The position numbers and the translations under genes are program-made. Positions 46,067-52,317 of a stretch of 52,317 bases of DNA are shown here, one piece after another. The DNA lies in IMG/VR virus record IMGVR_UViG_3300016467_000054, positions 1 to 52,317 of that record. The stretch is one strand, 5' to 3'. How positions within the stretch are numbered: the stretch's first letter is position 1; each line of letters opens with the position of its first letter. Under the pieces are notes generated by a model. The model was given only the letters and a program-made list of their open reading frames with translations, ran no database searches and was not told where the DNA came from. The DNA is from a virus. Its lineage: Duplodnaviria; Caudoviricetes.

Positions 46067-48379
46067 TTAACCTGCAAAGTCTCCTAATGCTGCATTATTA
46101 GCTGCTACTTCTTGATCAGATAATGGTTCTGCTGTTATACCTTCAGCTTCATTTGCTGCTTCAATAGCTGCTTGAGCGTCAGATCCGTCATCCCATTCAA
46201 CATCAGGAGAAGGAAGATCAACAGTTGTTGGTACTGGGTCTGCTGCTTTTGTATTTTCTTGATTAGGTATTCTAATTAATCCTAGTGTTTGTGTAAATTT
46301 TCCAGCATTAAAAACACTTTCAATGTTTAATACCTTAAACAATCCGCTAAATTGAACTACCGGTTGCGTAGCAGTTCCAAAATCATACATTCCAGATCGA
46401 TCTGCTTTAATATCAATAGGCGTTCTAAAATTTACATTTATCAATACTTCGCTAGTTTGATAATCCATTGCTCCGTCTGAATTGATATTTTCTTTTGTTG
46501 TTTGCTGTGCAGAGTAATTCCCCATACCACTGTCAGTGATATAATACGGATCTCCTAATATTGTCATATTAAGATTTATCATATCATACCCTTTAGTTAC
46601 AATATCGTGGAACTGTCTAGCTGCTACTGTAGCTGCGTCATCAACACCGGTACCTCCTAATTTTGCAGTTTTTGAAGCTTGTTTGTCATATCGAACTGCT
46701 CTAGGGTTTACACCTGGATCACTACCGTCTGGCTGCTTTGCATTTATTTCGTCTTTTTGTGCGCCTGCATTACCTGTAGCTGCTGATAAACCTTTTTGTG
46801 TTTCAGAATTTTTTCCGCCGTCTGCATTAAGAGCGGTATAAAACCCAGCTTTAAATTCAATTGCAAAATCTAATATATCTATATTTTTACCTGTGTAAAT
46901 GTAGTTGTATTCTTTTAATGCTTGTTTTTTCTTTTCTTCTAGCCCCGGATTTTTAGCATTAGTTTGTGTAAAAACACTAGCATCTACAGCATAAGGCACT
47001 ACTCTAAACACAGCTCTTTTTGCTTTTTGTCCTACTTTTTTATCTTCAGGTAACGGTTTGATGTACAGTTTAGTTTCTATACGCCACCATACAATTTGAC
47101 CTTTATCTGTCCAATTTTCTTTTTTAAGTGCTTGTCTAGCATAATCGCTAGTCATTATAATTTGATTGATAATGTCTTGTATCGATGCACCTTGAGCAAA
47201 TTTAAAATCAGCGTTTCCTGGATCGATAGTCAAGTTTCCTCTTTTATAAATTCCAGTAGTAGCATCATATGCAAAATTATCTTTACCAAATGGTGTTTCA
47301 CCTTTATTAAAAAGATCTAAACCAAGACCAGCTTTTCCTATTACGTTTGTAGAACTTGCATCGCCGGCTGAAGAAATGTCAACAGGAAATTCTATATCTA
47401 TTTCATCTGCATAATTTCTGTTGCCTTCTTTAATTTGATCTTTATAAAAGTTGTTTATAACATTAACTAAACTCTTTTCAGATTTTTTTAACAAATCCTC
47501 AATAGTTTTTGATCCGCCAGTGTTGCAACTAATGTTAATATCTGATTTGACTTTGTTGAAAGAATCTGAAAATACTTGTTCATTCCATGGATAGCCTTCT
47601 ACCTCATAAGTACAGCCTTTACCAGTAACACGCATTTGCAAATCTCGAAGCTTCATAGGAAACATTCGTTTAGTCTGTGGTATGGTAACATTTAGTGCAT
47701 CTGGATCTAAGTGTCCTTTAAATTCTATCGTAAATAAAATAGGAACATCCAAATAATTTTTATACCCAGATTCTAGTGCGGCTTGTTGTAGAACTTGAAA
47801 GAACAATCCAAAACTATACGGTTCTATTATTTGAAAACTAATACCTAATGCATTAGAATTGCCTGTTCCTTGATTAAGGCCGGCCATGCCATTTATTCTA
47901 ACATTGTCTATAAAAAATTCATATTGAAAATCTGATAACCCTGCAGACCTAATAATAATAGGACCAAGATCTCCTCGACGGTATGTACCATCCGGATCGT
48001 TAATGTGACCGTCGGGAAGAACACTTAAAGTAAAAACGTAGTTAAAAGAACTATAATTGTTTAAGATATTAGGAAATGGTGGTGTATCAGATATAGTTAA
48101 CTTTGCACCGCTAGAATAATTTTTAACATTTAATTCAGGACGACCTGCAAGAACGCCTCCTAATCCCAACGGACCTTGTAATTCAGAAACTAGTCCAGGG
48201 ACTGCATTACCTATTGATGTGCCTACATTACTAAGTCCGGTACCGATAGCAGTTTTGATATTTTGGGCCGACTGTGCTACGCTGTTAATGCTTTGGGTAA
48301 CAGCAGATCCAGAAACTAATTTAGATGCCTGGGATGCCGCTGTAGTAGCTGCCGATTTTGCTTCATCAAAGAATCCCAT
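46067..48379 (-). CDS. Putative baseplate hub protein (gp27-like)
   Basis: Lies between gp53 and gp5; NMTILGDPYYI...FSGLFKVLNIES.FNAGKFTQTL C-terminal hub pattern. Confidence 0.65.
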   Translation of the reverse strand: MGFFDEAKSAATTAASQASKLVSGSAVTQSINSVAQSAQNIKTAIGTGLSNVGTSIGNAVPGLVSELQGPLGLGGVLAGRPELNVKNYSSGAKLTISDTPPFPNILNNYSSFNYVFTLSVLPDGHINDPDGTYRRGDLGPIIIRSAGLSDFQYEFFIDNVRINGMAGLNQGTGNSNALGISFQIIEPYSFGLFFQVLQQAALESGYKNYLDVPILFTIEFKGHLDPDALNVTIPQTKRMFPMKLRDLQMRVTGKGCTYEVEGYPWNEQVFSDSFNKVKSDINISCNTGGSKTIEDLLKKSEKSLVNVINNFYKDQIKEGNRNYADEIDIEFPVDISSAGDASSTNVIGKAGLGLDLFNKGETPFGKDNFAYDATTGIYKRGNLTIDPGNADFKFAQGASIQDIINQIIMTSDYARQALKKENWTDKGQIVWWRIETKLYIKPLPEDKKVGQKAKRAVFRVVPYAVDASVFTQTNAKNPGLEEKKKQALKEYNYIYTGKNIDILDFAIEFKAGFYTALNADGGKNSETQKGLSAATGNAGAQKDEINAKQPDGSDPGVNPRAVRYDKQASKTAKLGGTGVDDAATVAARQFHDIVTKGYDMINLNMTILGDPYYITDSGMGNYSAQQTTKENINSDGAMDYQTSEVLINVNFRTPIDIKADRSGMYDFGTATQPVVQFSGLFKVLNIESVFNAGKFTQTLGLIRIPNQENTKAADPVPTTVDLPSPDVEWDDGSDAQAAIEAANEAEGITAEPLSDQEVAANNAALGDFAG

Positions 48380-48380
48380 T

Positions 48381-48680
48381 TTATAATCCTAATTTAGATG
48401 CTAGTTTATTTCCTTTAGGAATATAAATTTGCACGCCTGGTATAAAATCATATATCGGATCTTGTAGTACATCTAAATTTCTTTGAATGAACACCCACCA
48501 TAATTTAGGATTTTGATACAGGTCATATGCTAACAAATCAGGTCTATGGCTGTATTGAGGTTCGATAGTGTACAAAAAGTCGTCGTCTTCAGCGGGTATA
48601 GTACGAATAGATAATATGTCAAGATAGTTGTTAACTATCTTGGTGTCTTTCCAGGGACTAGAATTTTTATAGTTTGCCAT
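48381..48680 (-). CDS. gp53: Baseplate wedge gp53/LysM-like protein
   Basis: YTI...HRPDLLAYDLYQNPKLWWVF..RN...IYIP. Confidence 0.85.
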   Translation of the reverse strand: MANYKNSSPWKDTKIVNNYLDILSIRTIPAEDDDFLYTIEPQYSHRPDLLAYDLYQNPKLWWVFIQRNLDVLQDPIYDFIPGVQIYIPKGNKLASKLGL

Positions 48681-49738
48681 TAGTTATATCCACTGTTAAC
48701 ATAAGCGCCAGAAACAAATTGTTTGAGGCTAAACTCTTTAATTTTTTGTCTGCTATAGATAGGTTGTAATGTAACGTTCATAGAACTTTTTACAGGCACA
48801 TGACTAGCACCTGATGCTGCTGCACCACCAAATAACGATCCGCCACCGGCGGCGCCTAATAAGTTCTTTACTCCGTTTGCAACACCTAATCCAGCACTAA
48901 CTACACCTAAAGTTTGAGCAACTTTTGCTTTACCGAATGCTCCAGCAACACCAGCAAGTGCTCCAGCAGTAGACGCCATTCCTTCAATTGTTTGAGCAGA
49001 AGTTGCTGATCCTAGACCAAAGCCGCCCAGCGCACCGACTGTTCCTGCATTAGTTGAAATATAATCAACCCCCTGTGGCAAATCTATACTAAAACTTTTT
49101 ACAACTACAGGAATATTTTTAAACACGTAATCACCATAACCATTTAGGTAAACAATAGGCGGAGGATTGCCTGCGGCATCATCTTCGCCTGCAAACATTT
49201 TAGTAATAGATCTCATGTAATGTACTGCGGCTAACCAGTAGGCTGCTTGAACTCCGTCTTCAACGTTAAATGGTGCAGTAATTTGTATTGACGCAGCACG
49301 GCTACTTTTATATGATATAAAATTATAATTCTGATGTGTTAAAGGTGTGTCTTCATAATTTGCATCGCTAGCAATACTCATGCTAGGGGTATAGGGAAAA
49401 ACAAGGCCGCCAGCTTGTACTAATGGCTGTAAAATTGGACTATCAGCAAATCCCCCGGCAGTTGGCATACTCAACCTTACACGCCAGTCATTACTACTAC
49501 TAGCAAATTGAGCTGTGGCTCCTGCAAATCCAGATGCTAAATTACCGCCTGCTGGCAAATTTATGCGTCGTAATGAACTAACCAGTGCTGCTGGATTAGA
49601 TAAATTATTTAATGCACCGGCCATTTTGCTGACCGTACCAGCTACAGACCCGATGGCGCCAAACGCGGAAGAAGCAGAAGAACCAAGGCTGCTAGCAGCT
49701 TGTCCGAATACACTTGGAACACCGTCAAATAATGCCAT
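48680..49738 (-). CDS. Putative tail tube initiator/baseplate cap (gp48/gp54-like)
   Basis: GLVFPYTP, GNPPPIVYLNGYG..VF.NIPVVVKSFSIDLP and VPVKS.MNVTLQP motifs; first gene of the baseplate operon with an AAGGAG Shine-Dalgarno. Confidence 0.65.
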   Translation of the reverse strand: MALFDGVPSVFGQAASSLGSSASSAFGAIGSVAGTVSKMAGALNNLSNPAALVSSLRRINLPAGGNLASGFAGATAQFASSSNDWRVRLSMPTAGGFADSPILQPLVQAGGLVFPYTPSMSIASDANYEDTPLTHQNYNFISYKSSRAASIQITAPFNVEDGVQAAYWLAAVHYMRSITKMFAGEDDAAGNPPPIVYLNGYGDYVFKNIPVVVKSFSIDLPQGVDYISTNAGTVGALGGFGLGSATSAQTIEGMASTAGALAGVAGAFGKAKVAQTLGVVSAGLGVANGVKNLLGAAGGGSLFGGAAASGASHVPVKSSMNVTLQPIYSRQKIKEFSLKQFVSGAYVNSGYN

Positions 49739-49759
49739 TATGGACTCCTTTATTTGTTA

Positions 49760-49792
49760 TATTTAGTTGACAAAATAAAGTGCATACTTTAT
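49760..49792 (-). promoter_or_regulatory. Bipartite late promoter of the baseplate operon (palindromic element + 9 nt + TAAATA)
   Basis: On the + strand: TATTTA at 49760-49765, a 9-nt gap, then ATAAAGT-GCAT-ACTTTAT at 49775-49792 (perfect 7-bp arms). Confidence 0.7.
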
Positions 49793-49795
49793 AAT
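49767..49795 (+). promoter_or_regulatory. Perfect-consensus sigma70 promoter for gp55
   Basis: TTGACA (49767-72), 17 nt, TATAAT (49790-95). Confidence 0.88.
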
Positions 49796-49814
49796 AACGA
49801 GAACTACGACAACT

Positions 49815-50639
49815 ATGACAAAAATAAACTACCTTAACAACAAAGATTTACTAGACGAAATACACAAATCAAAAAATACATATTGTGTCTTTGAAAAACC
49901 AGAATATCATCAATATGATATTATTTTACCGTCTATTGAAAAAATCAATATTAGGACTATAGCAGAAGCTAAACGCAATCAAGCCAAAAGAATAGGCGAT
50001 GCAGATTATCAAAAACGCAAAGCTGCTGGTGAAAAAGTTAAACAAGCCGAATGCGAAGTTGACTATAAAAAAATTAACAAGCAGGATTTAGTGTTTAGAA
50101 TTATGACATTTGATCATATTCCGCTGAACACTACACGCAAACGAAATCCAAAAACGGTAGCAGACGGACGAGACAAAGTTAATTTTCCTCCGTTTCAACA
50201 CTGGAAATTTGACGAGAATGATGTTCTAGTATGCGTAGGAAAAAGCCACTGGAAGGGCTCTATAGAAAAAGGAAAATTTTCTAAAGATCATGGTCAAATA
50301 ACAAATAACTTAGCTCGCATGTATATTAAACTCTGCGAGCGATATGCTACTAGAGGTAACGTAAGAGGTTATACATATAACGACGAAATGCGTGGTCAAG
50401 CTATTTTACAGTTGACACAGATTGGTCTACAGTTTGACGAATCAAAATCAAACAATCCATTTGCCTACTTTACTGCCGCAGTTACTAATAGTTTTGTTCG
50501 TATTATTAACATAGAAAAACGTAATCAAGTTATCCGCGACGACTTATTAGAAATTAATGGCATGAATCCTAGCTACACTAGAATGGGAGAAGGTGAGCAC
50601 GCCGCAGCATTACGTAGAAATGAAGAAGCTACTGATTGA
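49815..50639 (+). CDS. gp55: Late-transcription sigma factor, T4 gp55-like, with a long insertion
   Basis: NYLNNKDLL, GYTYNDEM, FDESKSNNPFAYFT...SF.R.I..EK; gp55-gp47-gp46 order. Confidence 0.85.
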   Translation: MTKINYLNNKDLLDEIHKSKNTYCVFEKPEYHQYDIILPSIEKINIRTIAEAKRNQAKRIGDADYQKRKAAGEKVKQAECEVDYKKINKQDLVFRIMTFDHIPLNTTRKRNPKTVADGRDKVNFPPFQHWKFDENDVLVCVGKSHWKGSIEKGKFSKDHGQITNNLARMYIKLCERYATRGNVRGYTYNDEMRGQAILQLTQIGLQFDESKSNNPFAYFTAAVTNSFVRIINIEKRNQVIRDDLLEINGMNPSYTRMGEGEHAAALRRNEEATD

Positions 50640-50664
50640 CTTATATCAATGTAGCAAGTATAAT
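50636..50664 (+). promoter_or_regulatory. Sigma70-type promoter for gp47/gp46
   Basis: TTGACT (50636-41), 17 nt, TATAAT (50659-64); GGAGA Shine-Dalgarno, then a TTG start at 50685. Confidence 0.8.
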
Positions 50665-50684
50665 AGTCTATCGGAGATATTATA

Positions 50685-51698
50685 TTGAGTAATCTTTTTA
50701 AGAAAGTTGCCTGTTTTACAGACATACACTTTGGACTTAAATCAAATAGTCAAACGCACAATCAAGACTGTGAAGACTTTGTAGATTGGTATATACAAAA
50801 AGCCAAGGAGAAAGGATGTGATGTTGGAATTTTTATGGGAGATTGGCATCACAATCGTAATAGTCTTAATATCACTACTATGGACTACAGCTTGCGGGCC
50901 TTGGAAAAGTTGGGTCAGGCGTTTGATGCATTTTACTTTTTCCCTGGCAATCATGATTTGTATTACAAAGACAAGCGAGATATCCATAGTGTTGAGTTTG
51001 GCAAGTATATTCCTGGTATTACTGTGGTCCATAAACCGATTACAGAAGGAAATGTCACCTTATGCCCGTGGCTTGTCGGAGAAGAGTGGAAGCAAATAGG
51101 TAAGAAAAAGGCCAAATATATTTTTGGACACTTTGAACTGCCGCACTTCTTTATGAATGCCATGGTACAAATGCCTGATCACGGTGAAATACAGTTAGAA
51201 GCATTTGAAGGTTACGAACTAGGATTTAGCGGACACTTCCATAAACGCCAAAGCAAAGGCAATATGCATTACATTGGTAATGCGTTTCCTCATAATTATG
51301 CAGATGCATGGGACGACGATCGCGGCATGATGGTCTTAGAGTGGGGAGGCGAGCCCGAATACTTTGCTTGGGATCAACAGCCTACATTCCGTACAGTTAA
51401 ATTAAGTCAACTGATCGACGAAGCTGACACAATTATCAAGCCTAAACAGCATCTTCGTGTTAGTTTAGATATTGATATTAGCTACGAAGAAGCAAGTTTT
51501 ATCAAAGAAAAGTTCATGGAAGACTATGATATCCGTGAACTTACTCTAATTCCCGAAAAGAAAGAATTAGAAATTAACACCGATATTGATATTCAAAAAT
51601 TTGAAAGTGTAGATCAAATTGTAAGCAATCAATTAGTTAATATTCAAAGCGATACATTTGATCCTAAGGTGCTACTAAGCATTTACAACAATCTATGA
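50685..51698 (+). CDS. gp47: Recombination endonuclease gp47 (Mre11/SbcD)
   Basis: Metallophosphoesterase motifs DIHFG, GDWHH, GNHD, GHFE and SGHFH. Confidence 0.93.
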   Translation: MSNLFKKVACFTDIHFGLKSNSQTHNQDCEDFVDWYIQKAKEKGCDVGIFMGDWHHNRNSLNITTMDYSLRALEKLGQAFDAFYFFPGNHDLYYKDKRDIHSVEFGKYIPGITVVHKPITEGNVTLCPWLVGEEWKQIGKKKAKYIFGHFELPHFFMNAMVQMPDHGEIQLEAFEGYELGFSGHFHKRQSKGNMHYIGNAFPHNYADAWDDDRGMMVLEWGGEPEYFAWDQQPTFRTVKLSQLIDEADTIIKPKQHLRVSLDIDISYEEASFIKEKFMEDYDIRELTLIPEKKELEINTDIDIQKFESVDQIVSNQLVNIQSDTFDPKVLLSIYNNL

Positions 51699-52317
51699 GC
51701 ATTAAATTAAAAGAATTAACTGTTAAGAACTTTATGAGCGTGGGCAATCAAACCCAGGCTGTAAACTTTGGTAAAGAAAATTTAACCTTGGTTCTAGGAG
51801 AAAACTTAGATCAAGGTGGTGATGACAGCGGGTCACGCAACGGTACAGGTAAAACTACTATTGTTAATGCACTAAGTTTTGCACTGTTCGGAACAGCCTT
51901 AACTAACATCAAGAAAGACAATTTGATCAACAAGATCAACGGCAAGAACATGCTAGTGACCTTGACTTTTGACAAGGACGGGAACAAGTATAAGATCGAA
52001 CGCGGTCGTAAACCCACTGTGATGAAGTTCTATGTTAACGATCAAGAACAAAGTGCAGAAGAAAATGACGACAGTCAAGGCGACATGCGTGAAACGCAAA
52101 AGGACATCGACACGTTGTTAGGTATGAGTCACGATATGTTTCGTCATATTGTAGCATTAAACACTTATACTGAACCTTTCTTAAGTCTAAAAGCAAACGA
52201 ACAAAGAGAAATTATTGAGCAACTGCTAGGTATTACACTACTAAGTGAAAAAGCCGAACTGCTCAAAGAACAAATACGTAATACTAAAGACTCAATTACA
52301 CAAGAAACTGCTGATAT
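51695..52317 (+). CDS. gp46: Recombination ATPase gp46 (Rad50/SbcC), 3'-truncated; missing from the ORF track
   Basis: ATGA overlap with gp47; MSIKLKELTVKNFMSVGN...NGTGKTT..NAL.FALFG; frame open to the end of the window. Confidence 0.93.
   Translation, partial: MSIKLKELTVKNFMSVGNQTQAVNFGKENLTLVLGENLDQGGDDSGSRNGTGKTTIVNALSFALFGTALTNIKKDNLINKINGKNMLVTLTFDKDGNKYKIERGRKPTVMKFYVNDQEQSAEENDDSQGDMRETQKDIDTLLGMSHDMFRHIVALNTYTEPFLSLKANEQREIIEQLLGITLLSEKAELLKEQIRNTKDSITQETAD

Noticed and set aside
40393-49738. Bacterial extracellular contractile injection system or T6SS locus
   Set aside because: The adjacent gp55/gp47/gp46, thyX and T4-type late promoters indicate a lytic phage.
505-51163. The many short antisense or off-frame ORFs in the track (e.g. 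809-1081, 12755-13177, 19713-20000, 45591-45890, 50742-51032)
   Set aside because: All lie within well-supported longer genes and show no recognisable motifs.
51811-52017. 68-aa minus-strand ORF
   Set aside because: It is antisense to the truncated gp46 gene.
1-52317. tRNA, CRISPR array, mobile element, DGR or intrinsic terminators
   Set aside because: Intergenic gaps are all under about 80 nt; I saw no cloverleaf, repeat-spacer array, transposase, reverse transcriptase or convincing hairpin plus U-tract.

Overview
This window is a fragment of a large, AT-rich T4-like (myovirus) phage genome read in genetic code 11. From left to right: (1) the 3' part of thyX on the + strand. (2) A minus-strand, gap-free operon of 22 genes (647-19637) made mostly of tailoring enzymes: six radical SAM proteins (four with N-terminal Cys-rich twitch-like domains), two SGNH-like hydrolases, an SDR, a nitroreductase with an inserted phycobiliprotein-like (KCLRDIGY) domain, two 2OG-Fe(II) oxygenases, one clear and one possible SAM-dependent transferase, four GT-A glycosyltransferases and several small unknowns. 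(3) Directly upstream and co-oriented, the tail-fibre and baseplate module: three paralogous fibres, a 4778-aa gp7-like wedge protein, gp6, gp25, gp5, hub, gp53 and a tube initiator. (4) A divergent + strand gp55-like late sigma factor, gp47 and the 5' part of gp46. The best candidates for new biology are (a) the late-expressed enzyme operon, possibly a virion glycan/PTM biosynthetic pathway; (b) the nitroreductase fused to a bilin-site-like domain; and (c) a bipartite late promoter, an 18-bp pseudo-palindrome exactly 9 nt from TAAATA, seen three times, one copy lying inside the sigma70 promoter of gp55. All functional calls come from reading motifs by eye; no searches were run.
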